64,000 nt of DNA, from NCBI GenBank assembly GCA_043814965.1, contig JBDRJN010000003.1:1600-65599 (forward strand). Reading direction: 5' to 3'. A program made the translations under genes and the position numbers. The notes beneath the pieces were generated by a model. That model made no database searches. It saw only the letters and a list, made by a program, of their open reading frames with translations, and was not told where the DNA came from. The DNA is from Candidatus Omnitrophota bacterium. Lineage in GTDB: Bacteria; Omnitrophota; Gorgyraeia; Gorgyraeales; Gorgyraeaceae. Position 1 is the stretch's first letter; every line of letters begins with the position of its first letter. Positions 9,449-19,177 of the stretch are shown here, in pieces.

Positions 9449-9501
9449 AACCCACGCAGCGAGCTTGGGAAGCTCGTATTCTACCATTGAATCACACCCG
9501 C
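9428..9501 (-). tRNA. tRNA-Gly (CCC)
   Basis: GCGGGTGTGATTCAATGGTAGAATACGAGCTTCCCAAGCTCGCTGCGTGGGTTCGATTCCCATCACCCGCTCCA; 74 nt cloverleaf, anticodon CCC, encoded CCA. Confidence 0.97.
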
Positions 9502-9512
9502 GAAAACCTTAC

Positions 9513-10418
9513 CTAACAGCTGATAAGCTTTTTTAATTTTTTATATCTATCAGCGACATCCTTTTTGCCTATCTTTAAGAACCTATCAATACTAAAATCT
9601 TCTACGGCGTAGGATGCCATAGTTGTGCCATATAGAAGCGCCTTTTTTGCAAGATCTATATTGATAGAACCGCTTTTTGCTATATATCCCATAAATCCGC
9701 CTGCGAAAGAATCGCCAGCGCCAGTAGGGTCCACTATATTTTCTAATAAAAGCGCGGGTATAGAAAAAATAGCCTCATTTTTTACAAAGAGTATAGCGCC
9801 ATACTCCCCCCTTTTTATTATAACGAACCTCGGGCCAAGAGAGAGTATATATCTGCCGGCTTTTAATATATTTTCTTCGCCTGAAAACAGCTTTGCCTCC
9901 ATGTCATTCAGGAACATGATGTGAACTTTTTTTAACAATGTCTTTAGAGATGAATGCTTATTTTGTATCCAGAAGTTCATAGAGTCACAGCCGATAAGTG
10001 AGTCCCCTGGGATCTCTTTTAGGATGTGCAGTTGCAGATCAGGGTCTATGTTTGCAAGGAAAGCCACCTTACTTTTTTTGTATTCCTTTGGTAGTGTGGG
10101 TTTAAAGTCCTTAAATACGTTCAGCTGGGTGTTTATTGTCTTGGCGCAGTTCATGTCTTCCACGTAAGACCCTTCCCATCGAAAGGTCAGGCCGTCTTTT
10201 GTCTCAAGGCCTTTTGTGTCTACTCCGAACGACCTTATAGTAGACAGGTGCTTTTTAGGAAAATCAGCGCCGATAGTAGCTACTACGCCTACTTTTGTAA
10301 AGAAACTGGAACTTATGGAAAAAAATGTCGCGGATCCTCCTAGGATATCTTTCTTGTAACCGCATGGGCTTTTTATGGTATCAAGCGCCATCGAGCCTAT
10401 GACTACTATATTATTCAT
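9513..10418 (-). CDS. PfkB-family carbohydrate/nucleoside kinase
   Basis: N-terminal LGGSA and C-terminal DPTGAGDSFAGG signature. Confidence 0.93.
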   Translation of the reverse strand: MNNIVVIGSMALDTIKSPCGYKKDILGGSATFFSISSSFFTKVGVVATIGADFPKKHLSTIRSFGVDTKGLETKDGLTFRWEGSYVEDMNCAKTINTQLNVFKDFKPTLPKEYKKSKVAFLANIDPDLQLHILKEIPGDSLIGCDSMNFWIQNKHSSLKTLLKKVHIMFLNDMEAKLFSGEENILKAGRYILSLGPRFVIIKRGEYGAILFVKNEAIFSIPALLLENIVDPTGAGDSFAGGFMGYIAKSGSINIDLAKKALLYGTTMASYAVEDFSIDRFLKIGKKDVADRYKKLKKLISC

Positions 10419-11692
10419 TTAAAGTACCTCTTTATTGTTTTCATCGAACAGAAATCACTGCACATAGTGCATACGTCCTCTTTTTTTGGAGTAGATGACT
10501 TCCTGTAACGTGTAGATTTTTCAGGGTCTATGGATTCTTTTATCTGCGCTTTCCAATCTCTCATCAAGCGATGTTTTGACATCTTTCTATCCCAGTTTAT
10601 AGCACCTGGAACGCGTTTAGCGATATCAGCTGCGTGCGCAGCTATCCTGGAGGCTATGACGCCATTTTTTACATCATCCTCATCTGGTATCCTGAGGTGC
10701 TCAGAAGGGGTCACATAACATAGGAAATCCGCCCCATAGTAAGCTGCCAGGGCGCCGCCTATCGCGCCTACTATATGGTCATAACCAGGCGCGATGTCAG
10801 TGACCAAAGGGCCCAATACATAAAAAGGCGCGTTCCCGCACATCTTTTTTTGTATCAGGACATTTGATTCGATCTCATCCAGGGGAATATGGCCAGGGCC
10901 TTCTATGATCACCTGTACATTTTGTTTTTTTGCTTTTTCAGCCAACTCACCCAGCAAAATAAGTTCTTGTATCTGAGCCCTGTCAGTAGCATCTACTAAT
11001 GTGCCTGGCCTCAAGCCATCTCCCAGGCTCAGGGTCACATCATATTCTTTTAAGATCTTTAATATATCATCAAAATATTCATATAGAGGGTTTTCTTTTT
11101 TATTCAGTATCATCCATTCTGCGAGAAACGAACCGCCCCTTGACACTATAGGTATCAATCTTTTTTTTCTTTTCAACCTGGTAAGTGTTCCCTGGGTCAC
11201 GCCGGAGTGTATAGTAAAAAAATCCACGCCATCTCTTGCTTGTTCGTAAAGGGCGTCCAATAGATCGTCTTTTGTCATCTTTGATATACTGCCTTTTTCT
11301 TTACATGCCTTGATAGCTGCCTGATAAATAGGGACAGTCCCTACTGGTATACTGGAATTCCTGACTATAGCCTTACGTATTTTGTTTATGTCCCCGCCCG
11401 TAGAAAGGTCCATTACCGCATCCGAGCCGTATTTTATTGCAGCGCGGAGTTTGTTTAGCTCAGTCTTAAGGCTTATTTTATCAAGGGATGTGCCAAGGTT
11501 CGCATTGACCTTTGTTCTCAGGCCTTCACCTACTGCGCAAGGGAGTATCTTTCTTTTTTTATTTTTAATAAGCACTACCCTGCCGTTTTTTATGAGAGTC
11601 TTTAACTTGTCTATTGGTATGCCCTCTTTTTTAGAGGTATACCTCATCTCAGCAGAGGTCCTATTGAGTTTAGCGGATTCTAATTGTGTCAT
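10415..11692 (-). CDS. thiC: Phosphomethylpyrimidine synthase
   Basis: TKVNANLGTS, MDLSTGG, EGPGH, CYVTPSEHL, C-terminal CTMC...C cluster. Confidence 0.95.
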   Translation of the reverse strand: MTQLESAKLNRTSAEMRYTSKKEGIPIDKLKTLIKNGRVVLIKNKKRKILPCAVGEGLRTKVNANLGTSLDKISLKTELNKLRAAIKYGSDAVMDLSTGGDINKIRKAIVRNSSIPVGTVPIYQAAIKACKEKGSISKMTKDDLLDALYEQARDGVDFFTIHSGVTQGTLTRLKRKKRLIPIVSRGGSFLAEWMILNKKENPLYEYFDDILKILKEYDVTLSLGDGLRPGTLVDATDRAQIQELILLGELAEKAKKQNVQVIIEGPGHIPLDEIESNVLIQKKMCGNAPFYVLGPLVTDIAPGYDHIVGAIGGALAAYYGADFLCYVTPSEHLRIPDEDDVKNGVIASRIAAHAADIAKRVPGAINWDRKMSKHRLMRDWKAQIKESIDPEKSTRYRKSSTPKKEDVCTMCSDFCSMKTIKRYFK

Positions 11693-11706
11693 ATATCCAT
11701 ATTATC

Positions 11707-12120
11707 CTATAGGGTATTTATTTTGTTGGAGAATTTTTTTTCAACATCATATGCATTGAACCTAAGTTTCCTATATTTCGGAGAAAGGCCTTTGTCCACA
11801 GCACTCGAACACTCTTCCAGGACCCTTAAGGATTCCTTGGCCCTTTGTATGTTAGACATGAATATCTTTGGTATATCTTTATTTTTTCTAAAGTCTACAA
11901 ATTTTGAAGGGTCTTTTTTTACATCTCTTTTGTCCACGAGTTTTCTCAAGCTTACTTTGTTTGAATCAAGTATGGCCTTGGTCGTATTATGCCTTATAAG
12001 TTTTAGCGACAGGCTGAGCTTTTTGTCTTTCAATGCAAACCTTGCTATGTCTTCGCACACCCTGAGGCCTTCTCTTACCCTGTTTAGATTAGCGTCGATA
12101 ATACACAATATATCTTTCAT
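11707..12120 (-). CDS. Stand-alone ThiD2-like domain (N-terminal domain of extended ThiE)
   Basis: IIDANLNRVREGLRVCED..RF and N..RAKESLRVLEE...RF.AY.VEK repeats. Confidence 0.75.
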   Translation of the reverse strand: MKDILCIIDANLNRVREGLRVCEDIARFALKDKKLSLSLKLIRHNTTKAILDSNKVSLRKLVDKRDVKKDPSKFVDFRKNKDIPKIFMSNIQRAKESLRVLEECSSAVDKGLSPKYRKLRFNAYDVEKKFSNKINTL

Positions 12121-12131
12121 GAGATCATGGA

Positions 12132-12195
12132 TCCGGCAGGCGAGGCTTTAAAAAAGCCTTCTTTGTTTCTTTTTTTGAAGGCCTCGTTTGCCGGA
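12132..12195. repeat. ~64-bp imperfect intergenic inverted repeat
   Basis: TCCGGCAGGCGAGGCTTTAAAAAAG ... TTTTTTGAAGGCCTCGTTTGCCGGA. Confidence 0.6.
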
Positions 12196-12202
12196 AAAAT
12201 AC

Positions 12203-12679
12203 CTAGCTGTTCCTTATCTTTTTAATAATATCTTTTGTAGAAAACCCTTTTATAAAAGGGAGGCTTTTTACTTTTCCCTTGTAGGTTCGGACAATGTCCG
12301 AACCTACAATATCTTTTATCTTCCAATCCCCGCCTTTTACAAGAACATCAGGCCTTATATTTTCTATTAGCTTAATAGGCGTAAGTTCATCGAATACTAC
12401 TACAAGATCTACGCTCTTAAGGGCCAGGAGGACATTTCCCCTGTCAGAGGCTTTTACTATAGGCCTGGAAGGGCCTTTTAATCTTTTGACAGAGTCATCA
12501 CTGTTCAGGCCTACGATCAGTATGTCTCCCAGGCTTTTGGCTTTTTGTAAATAACTTATATGCCCTACATGCAATATATCAAAACAGCCGTTAGTAAAGA
12601 CTATTTTTTTATTTTTATATGCCTTTTTTTTAAGCTCTTTTTTTAGGCTTGTAAGAGAGGTTATATTTTTATAAAGCAT
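12203..12679 (-). CDS. rfaE2: D-glycero-beta-D-manno-heptose 1-phosphate adenylyltransferase (RfaE domain II)
   Basis: [36 protein letters not shown]. Confidence 0.93.
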   Translation of the reverse strand: MLYKNITSLTSLKKELKKKAYKNKKIVFTNGCFDILHVGHISYLQKAKSLGDILIVGLNSDDSVKRLKGPSRPIVKASDRGNVLLALKSVDLVVVFDELTPIKLIENIRPDVLVKGGDWKIKDIVGSDIVRTYKGKVKSLPFIKGFSTKDIIKKIRNS

Positions 12680-13244
12680 CTTCTATCAGTTCACAGAGTA
12701 TGTGTATTATAGTCCCATGGGACTCCTGTATCCTGGGCGTATCTTTGGAGGGGACGCTTATGATAGCGTCACTAAAATTTTCTATATCTTTTTTGTATTC
12801 TCCTATTAGGCAAGATGTCTTTAACCCCATTTCCTTTGCTTTTTTTAAGGCGCTTATCACATTTTTTGATCTTCCGCTTGTAGATATGCCTAGAGCGATA
12901 TCCCCCTTCTTCCCCAGGGCTTCGATCTGTCTCTCGAACACTTTATCGAAGCTATAGTCATTGCCTATACATGTCAATATCGAGGTGTTACTGGTCAAGG
13001 CCACTGCTGGTATGGCTTTTCTTTCTTTTTTGAACCTGCCTACGAGCTCAGCTGCCATATGAAGGCTATCCGATGCGCTTCCGCCGTTTCCAAAGACAAT
13101 GATCTTATTGCCGGATCTTACAACATCTATCATCAAGCTGGCTAGTCTTTTGATGCTATCGATCTCTTTTTCTATGACTAATTTTTTTACTTCAATGCTT
13201 TCCTTTAATGATCTTTCGATTTTTTTCTTCATAATATCATCCAA
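12669..13244 (-). CDS. gmhA: Phosphoheptose isomerase
   Basis: [25 protein letters not shown]. Confidence 0.95.
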   Translation of the reverse strand: MDDIMKKKIERSLKESIEVKKLVIEKEIDSIKRLASLMIDVVRSGNKIIVFGNGGSASDSLHMAAELVGRFKKERKAIPAVALTSNTSILTCIGNDYSFDKVFERQIEALGKKGDIALGISTSGRSKNVISALKKAKEMGLKTSCLIGEYKKDIENFSDAIISVPSKDTPRIQESHGTIIHILCELIEDAL

Positions 13245-14283
13245 AGAATACCTGAGCTATTTTATATAGCTCCATATCTACCGTCTTTAGTTTGCATACA
13301 GCTTTTTCTAAAGAAACCGCGACCACTTTATTGCCTTGGAGCGCGGCCATTTTCCCGTAATCTTTATTTAGCACTAGTTCCATTGTCTTTATCCCAAAGC
13401 GAGTGCCAAGCACCCTATCAAATGCAGTTGGAGTCCCTCCGCGCTGTATATGGCCTAGTACAGTTACCCTTGTCTCAAATCCGGTCCTTTCCTCTATTAT
13501 TTCACCTAACCTGTGGCCTATACCGCCAAGTCTTATGTGTCCAAATGCATCCAGTTTTTCTTCCTGTTTTACGAGCTCGCCTTCCTTGAATTTGGCGCCT
13601 TCCGCTACAACGACTATGCTAAAACTTTTTCCTCTTTTGTGCCTCTTTTTTAAAATATCGCATACCTCTTTTATATCAATGGGCACCTCTGGTATGAGTA
13701 TGACATCAGCCCCCCCTGCTATGCCTGATTCTATCGCGATCCAGCCAGCATGCCTTCCCATGACCTCAGCTACCATGATCCTATGATGCGATTCTGCTGT
13801 TGTATGCAGCCTGTCTATCGCCTCCGTTGCTATATTGATGGCTGTATCAAATCCGAACGTGACATCAGTGCATGATAGGTCATTATCTATTGTCTTTGGC
13901 GCGCCAACTACATTCATACCTTCTTTATATAGTTTTGCTGCTACACCCAGGGTATCTTCCCCTCCTATGGCGATCAGGCATTCTAGGCCCAATTGTTTAA
14001 AATTTCTTTTTACCTTTGAGACATCACCATCATTTTTATAGGGGTTGGTCCTGGATGTCCCCAATATTGTTCCGCCTTTTGGCAATATACCCGATACTGC
14101 TGATAGGTCTAAGCGGGTGATATTTTTTTCTACCAGGCCTTTCCAGCCGTTTTTTATACCTATGACTTCGTAGCCTTCATTTATCGCGTATCTTACGACA
14201 GCCCTTATCACGGAATTTAACCCTGGGCAATCCCCGCCGCCTGTTAAGACCCCTATTTTTTTCTTAGAATTTTTATTTACCAT
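13237..14283 (-). CDS. pfkA: 6-phosphofructokinase, probably PPi-dependent (group III-like)
   Basis: TGGGDCPG, GGEDT, PKTIDND, EVMGR, LGHIQRGG. Confidence 0.93.
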   Translation of the reverse strand: MVNKNSKKKIGVLTGGGDCPGLNSVIRAVVRYAINEGYEVIGIKNGWKGLVEKNITRLDLSAVSGILPKGGTILGTSRTNPYKNDGDVSKVKRNFKQLGLECLIAIGGEDTLGVAAKLYKEGMNVVGAPKTIDNDLSCTDVTFGFDTAINIATEAIDRLHTTAESHHRIMVAEVMGRHAGWIAIESGIAGGADVILIPEVPIDIKEVCDILKKRHKRGKSFSIVVVAEGAKFKEGELVKQEEKLDAFGHIRLGGIGHRLGEIIEERTGFETRVTVLGHIQRGGTPTAFDRVLGTRFGIKTMELVLNKDYGKMAALQGNKVVAVSLEKAVCKLKTVDMELYKIAQVFFG

Positions 14284-14285
14284 CT

Positions 14286-14900
14286 TTACCCTCCGTATTC
14301 GATCTCACCTTTAAACCCGCTTTCAGGGGTCTTTGTTGTCTTTTGTTCTTTTGTTGGATTCTCTTGCTGCACTATTTTAGCCACATGTATCTTTATGGTA
14401 GGCTTTTCTTCGATGCCTAACATCTCTTGCAGGTGCATCTTGATTATGTTCTGTATCTTCTCGGTGATCTCGGGTATATTGGCGCCGGAATAAAGCGATA
14501 CCCTCGTATTTACTTCAATGCCGGATTTAAGGGCTATTACGCTGGATCTGATCTCTTTTATCTCGCTGATCCTGCTGGTAAGTTTCTTTATGTAGTCTTC
14601 TATAGCTGCCAGAGATACCGTGACCTGTCCATAGGTATTGTCAAACGCGATGGTCTTTTCTTTTTGTATCTTGCCAAGGCTTAGCTGAGCTATAGATATA
14701 TTTATGAAAATTATTAAAAGCCCTGCTATACCGATACCAAGCCTGATATTGTTCGCGCTTTTTAGATAGTCGAATAAACTCACAAAGACATTGAAGGATT
14801 CCAGGCGAATAGAAAGCGCTATAAGGATAGCCCCTAGTATAGAAAACAAAAAGGTATATATAAGTATTAGAAAGATGTTTAGTATTTTCATATTGTGCAC
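14286..14900 (-). CDS. AmaP-like membrane anchor / Asp23-family envelope protein
   Basis: Two N-terminal TM helices then G.V.VS..AIED..., IPEI.EKIQ..IK..L..MLG pattern; next to accBC as in many bacteria. Confidence 0.6.
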   Translation of the reverse strand: MHNMKILNIFLILIYTFLFSILGAILIALSIRLESFNVFVSLFDYLKSANNIRLGIGIAGLLIIFINISIAQLSLGKIQKEKTIAFDNTYGQVTVSLAAIEDYIKKLTSRISEIKEIRSSVIALKSGIEVNTRVSLYSGANIPEITEKIQNIIKMHLQEMLGIEEKPTIKIHVAKIVQQENPTKEQKTTKTPESGFKGEIEYGG

Positions 14901-14915
14901 CTACCTTCCTTAAGG

Positions 14916-16262
14916 CTATTCGATCAGGTTCAGTTTTTCTACGTAATCAGTCGCGAAGTCTCCACGTAAAAATAACATATCGTTCATCACGTGTTTATGA
15001 AAAGGTATAGTAGTCTTTATAGGGTCTACTATAAACTCATCCAGCGCCCTTTTCATGGTCTTGATAGCGGATTGCCTGTCTTTTCCGTACGATATTAATT
15101 TTGCTATCATAGAGTCATAATACGGGACTATTGTATAACCTGAATAGACATGGCTATCTACTCTTATCCCTGGCCCTCCAGCAGGTAGAAATAAATTTAC
15201 TTTACCAGGGCACGGCATAAAATTGTTTTCGCTGTTTTCGGCATTTATCCTGCATTCTATAGCTACGCCTTTTATCTTTATATCATCCTGCTTGTATGAA
15301 AGCTTTGCGCCAGAGGCTATCTTTATCTGCTCTTTCACTATATCTACTCCGGTGACCATCTCTGTTATTGGATGCTCGACCTGTATCCTTGTATTTACTT
15401 CCAGAAAATAGAAATTTTTATTCTTATCGTACAAGAATTCTACTGTCCCGGCGTTTACGTAGTTGCAGGCCTTGACAGCTTTGATAGCCATGTCGCCTAC
15501 TTTTTTCCTTAGTTTTGAATCCAGCGCGGGAGATGGGCACTCTTCTATGAGTTTTTGATGGCGCCTTTGTATGGTGCAATCTCTTTCCCCTAGGTGTATT
15601 ATATGGCCATATTTATCAGCAAGTATCTGGACTTCTATGTGTCTCGGCCTTTCTATGTATTTTTCTAGATACACATCTGCATTGCCAAACGCGGCTTCAG
15701 CTTCTTGCTGCGCAGTGATAAAGGAGCTTATGAGCCTTACGTCATTATGGCAGACTCTCATGCCCTTGCCTCCCCCTCCAGCCGAGGCTTTTATTATTAT
15801 AGGATATCTTAATTTTTTAGCTACTTTTATAGCTTCTTCTTTTGTCTTTATAATATTTTCACTGCCAGGGATCACAGGAATGCCTATTCTTTCCATGGTC
15901 TTCCTTGCAGCCATTTTGTCTCCCAAAAGCCTCATATTCTCAGGTGTTGGCCCGATAAAGGCTATCTCGCAAGATTCGCATATCTCAGCAAAATGCGCGT
16001 TTTCCGCCAGGAAACCATAGCCAGGATGTATAGCGTCTACATCTGTTATTTCAGCAGCGCTTATTATAGCCGGTATATTCAGGTAACTCTCGGCAGGGCT
16101 TGCCGAGCCTATACAGACAGCTTCATCCGCGAGTTTGGCATGCAGGCTGTCAGCATCAGCTTCTGAATAGACAGCCACTGTCTTTATACCCATTTCCTTG
16201 CAGGCACGGATAACCCTTACAGCTACTTCACCCCTATTTGCTATTAGTATTTTTGAAAACAT
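14916..16262 (-). CDS. accC: Acetyl-CoA carboxylase, biotin carboxylase subunit
   Basis: ILIANRGE, HPGYGFLAEN, GGGGKGM, EVNTRIQVEHP, YYDSMIAK. Confidence 0.98.
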   Translation of the reverse strand: MFSKILIANRGEVAVRVIRACKEMGIKTVAVYSEADADSLHAKLADEAVCIGSASPAESYLNIPAIISAAEITDVDAIHPGYGFLAENAHFAEICESCEIAFIGPTPENMRLLGDKMAARKTMERIGIPVIPGSENIIKTKEEAIKVAKKLRYPIIIKASAGGGGKGMRVCHNDVRLISSFITAQQEAEAAFGNADVYLEKYIERPRHIEVQILADKYGHIIHLGERDCTIQRRHQKLIEECPSPALDSKLRKKVGDMAIKAVKACNYVNAGTVEFLYDKNKNFYFLEVNTRIQVEHPITEMVTGVDIVKEQIKIASGAKLSYKQDDIKIKGVAIECRINAENSENNFMPCPGKVNLFLPAGGPGIRVDSHVYSGYTIVPYYDSMIAKLISYGKDRQSAIKTMKRALDEFIVDPIKTTIPFHKHVMNDMLFLRGDFATDYVEKLNLIE

Positions 16263-16297
16263 ATTTTTTTACCCTTTATCTTTTAACCCTAATATCC

Positions 16298-16325
16298 CCC
16301 GTAACCCTTAACCCATTACCCGCAG
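16298..16325. repeat. 7-bp tandem array (CCCGTAA type)
   Basis: CCCGTAA CCCTTAA CCCATTA CCCGCAG in the accB-accC gap. Confidence 0.6.
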
Positions 16326-16331
16326 CGCGTC

Positions 16332-16790
16332 TTATGCCGGCTCCACCATGAACAATATCTGGCCATACTCGACAGGCCCGGCGTTTTCAACAAGGACTTC
16401 CACTATCCTGCCTTTTACCTCTGATTTTATCTCATTCATCAATTTCATGGCCTCTATTATACAAATGGTCTGGCCTATCTCTATTATACTGCCTATTTCT
16501 ACATATGGTTTTGTGTCAGGTGAGGGGGCTCTATAGAAAGTGCCTACCATGGGTGTTTTTATGGTCAATAGGTTCTTCGAGGGTTCTTCTTTGATAGGAG
16601 CGGCTTCCGCAGTAGAAGGGCAAACTGTCTGGATGATCTTTGATCCGCCTCTTTCCTCGGACATTGCCTCGAAAGCCCCTGAGACAGATTTTTTTATCCT
16701 TATCCTTGTGCCTTCCCGCTCGATCTCTATTTCTCCGAGGTTGTTTTCATTCATTAGATTAATGATCTCTTTGATCTCTTTTAGGTTCAT
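16332..16790 (-). CDS. accB: Biotin carboxyl carrier protein
   Basis: PMVGTFY, EAMKLMNEI biotinylation motif. Confidence 0.98.
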   Translation of the reverse strand: MNLKEIKEIINLMNENNLGEIEIEREGTRIRIKKSVSGAFEAMSEERGGSKIIQTVCPSTAEAAPIKEEPSKNLLTIKTPMVGTFYRAPSPDTKPYVEIGSIIEIGQTICIIEAMKLMNEIKSEVKGRIVEVLVENAGPVEYGQILFMVEPA

Positions 16791-16874
16791 GATAAGCTCC
16801 TTAAAATATTGAGTTTCGCTTCTTTAAAGTCATGGATTAAGGCTGATCCGGTCTAAGGCTGATGAATAGATAAT

Positions 16875-17435
16875 TCACGCCCTTCCGATATATTCCCCTG
16901 TCCGGGTGTCTATTTTTACTATGTCCCCTTCGTTTATAAAAAGAGGGACTAAAATATTTAGGCCTGTCTCTAGTGCTGCGGGTTTTGTGCCAGCTTTGGA
17001 TGTATCGCCTCTTACTCCCGGTTCAGTTGAAACTATTTTGAGTTCTATGGAGATCGGCAACTCTACTGTTATGACCTTGTTTTCATGCGTCAGGGCTATT
17101 ACCTCTATGTTTTCTTTTAAGTAGTTTACAGCGTCTTTTATCTGGTCTTTGTGCAGCGCTATCTGGTCATAAGTGCTGCAATCCATAAATTCGTACATGT
17201 CATGATTTGAATAAAGATATTGAAGGGTCTTTTTTTCCATATAGGCAAGCTCTACTTTTTCATCGGGCCGATAGGTCCTGTCTATGACCGTACCTAGTTT
17301 TATGTTTTTTAATTTCACCCTGACATAAGCCCCGCCCTTACCTGGTTTGTGGTGATCTTTTTCAATAATAAAATACAAGTTCCCGTCCAATATTATACTA
17401 TGTCCTTTTTTAGTCTGATTGATACCTATCTGCAT
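16875..17435 (-). CDS. efp: Elongation factor P
   Basis: HKPGKGGA, PGVRGDT, KPA.LETG, DTRTGEY; second Met taken as start. Confidence 0.97.
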   Translation of the reverse strand: MQIGINQTKKGHSIILDGNLYFIIEKDHHKPGKGGAYVRVKLKNIKLGTVIDRTYRPDEKVELAYMEKKTLQYLYSNHDMYEFMDCSTYDQIALHKDQIKDAVNYLKENIEVIALTHENKVITVELPISIELKIVSTEPGVRGDTSKAGTKPAALETGLNILVPLFINEGDIVKIDTRTGEYIGRA

Positions 17436-18505
17436 GATGTTTTGTTGCACCCCTTTGTAAGCACTTCGCAGCCTTTATTTGTTATTAATATGTCGTCCTC
17501 TATCCTTATGCCGCCCCAGCCTGGTATATATAGCCCAGGCTCTATAGTTATGGCCATGTTTTCTTCTAATATAGCATTGGAGTTCTTTGATATAGAAGGG
17601 TTTTCGTGTACCTCCAGGCCTATGCCATGCCCAAGGCTATGGATAAAATATCTTCCAAGGCCTTTATGATTTATATAGTTCCTAGATATATTATCTATAT
17701 AGCTGGCCTTTAAGCCGGGCCTTATGCTCTCTATCGCCTTTTTTTGAGCGTCCAAGACTATATTATACAACTTTAGATACTTGCGGTCAATTCTACCTAA
17801 ATAAATCGTTCTTGTCAAGTCTGAATTGTACCCGCAACTCATTGCGCCTAAATCTATTAGGGCCATCTCGCCATTCTTGAGCCTCTTATCGCTTATAGCA
17901 GCATGCGGCTTTGATGAATTTTTCCCGGAAGCTACTATTATATCGAAACCCGCTTTTATAAAAGACCGTTTTATCATAAAAGAATCTATCTTGAATTTTA
18001 CGTCTTTTTCAGTTAAAGAAGGCCTCAGCGCCTTCATGGCATAGTTCATTATTGTTACACCTTTATTGCAGGCGTTTCTCAATGCCCTTATTTCTTCTGT
18101 GTCTTTTATGGCTCTTAATTTTTCTATTAATCCCGGCCTCGCTTTTAAATATGCATTACTTAAAGATTTTTTAAATTTTATATAGCTATCGTAAGTAAAG
18201 GCGTGGGATTCAAATCCTATGTTCTTCCATTTTTTTGAACTGCATATTGATGATATAAGCGTATAAATATCCGCAGCGCCTTTTATGATATTTAATCTAT
18301 AAAGGGGTTTTTTGGGAGCGTATTCTTCCATGTATCTGGGGTCTGTCACTAATATGAATTTATCTTTAGAGCATATCAGTAAACTACTCTCTCCTTTTAC
18401 ACCAGTAAGATAAGCTATATTCTTTTCTTTTTTTACTAGGAGAGCGTCCAGGGAATGTTTTTCCAGTAAAGTTATTAAATTTTTTTGTCTTTTTATGTAA
18501 TCCAT
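17426..18505 (-). CDS. Xaa-Pro aminopeptidase (M24)
   Basis: DLGA...Y.SDLTRT, HSLGHGIGLEVHE, TIEPGLY, RIEDD. Confidence 0.93.
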   Translation of the reverse strand: MDYIKRQKNLITLLEKHSLDALLVKKEKNIAYLTGVKGESSLLICSKDKFILVTDPRYMEEYAPKKPLYRLNIIKGAADIYTLISSICSSKKWKNIGFESHAFTYDSYIKFKKSLSNAYLKARPGLIEKLRAIKDTEEIRALRNACNKGVTIMNYAMKALRPSLTEKDVKFKIDSFMIKRSFIKAGFDIIVASGKNSSKPHAAISDKRLKNGEMALIDLGAMSCGYNSDLTRTIYLGRIDRKYLKLYNIVLDAQKKAIESIRPGLKASYIDNISRNYINHKGLGRYFIHSLGHGIGLEVHENPSISKNSNAILEENMAITIEPGLYIPGWGGIRIEDDILITNKGCEVLTKGCNKTSCR

Positions 18506-18532
18506 ATCCAGTTATCCAATACCCTTAAGTGT

Positions 18533-18973
18533 CTATTTGTTTGCCGCTAATTCAATAGCTGCTTGGAGGCCGTATATGTAACTATTTATCCCAAAACCGG
18601 ATATCTGGCCTTTTACAGCCGATGAAATAAGAGAGATATGCCTAAAGTCCTCTCTCGCGTATATATTGGAAAGGTGTACTTCTACGGTAGGTATGCCAGT
18701 TGCTAAGATAGCGTCGCGTATAGCAACGCTTGTATGGGTGTATGCAGCAGGGTTTATAAGAAGCGCGGCGTATTTGTCCTTTGATTTACCTATTTTATCG
18801 ACTATTTCTCCCTCATGGTTTGACTGGAATATATCCAGAGCCACCTTTTCATCTTTAGCTATAGAAGTGAGTTTTTTGTTTATATCTTCTATTGTGAATT
18901 TTCCGTATATATCAGGTTCTCTTTTGCCTAAGAGGTTCAGATTTGGCCCATGTATGATTAGTATCTTTTTCAT
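18533..18973 (-). CDS. aroQ: Type II 3-dehydroquinate dehydratase
   Basis: HGPNLNLLGKREP..YG, NPAAYTHTS, EVHLSN. Confidence 0.97.
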   Translation of the reverse strand: MKKILIIHGPNLNLLGKREPDIYGKFTIEDINKKLTSIAKDEKVALDIFQSNHEGEIVDKIGKSKDKYAALLINPAAYTHTSVAIRDAILATGIPTVEVHLSNIYAREDFRHISLISSAVKGQISGFGINSYIYGLQAAIELAANK

Positions 18974-19021
18974 AAACCGTCTCCTTTTTTACTGGTCACT
19001 GTTGGCTGATCTTAAGGCTTG

Positions 19022-19177
19022 TTATTCTTCCGCCTCTTCTATTAACATTATAGGTATTCCGTCCCTGACAGGGTAAGATCTGCCGCATTTAGAGCAATAT
19101 ATCTTATCTTCTTTTAACTCTACTCCGGTCTTACAGGCCGGGCATGCCAGGATATCCAATAGTTTTTTATCGATCAT
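19022..19177 (-). CDS. Trm112/YcaR-family small zinc-finger protein (51 aa)
   Basis: Below ORF-track cutoff; [16 protein letters not shown]...[18 protein letters not shown]. Confidence 0.9.
   Translation of the reverse strand: MIDKKLLDILACPACKTGVELKEDKIYCSKCGRSYPVRDGIPIMLIEEAEE

Noticed and set aside
7652-9501. Prophage or genomic island integrated at tRNA-Gly
   Set aside because: The two att-like copies are only 134 bp apart; no integrase or phage genes, and downstream genes look like core.
9272-9516. 47-aa N-terminal extension of the ATPase ORF and ORF 9325..9516
   Set aside because: Both run through the tRNA and its repeat element; not protein-like.
12121-12202. Possible TPP riboswitch upstream of the thiD2-like/thiC genes
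   Set aside because: No TPP consensus nucleotides; only a simple long hairpin.
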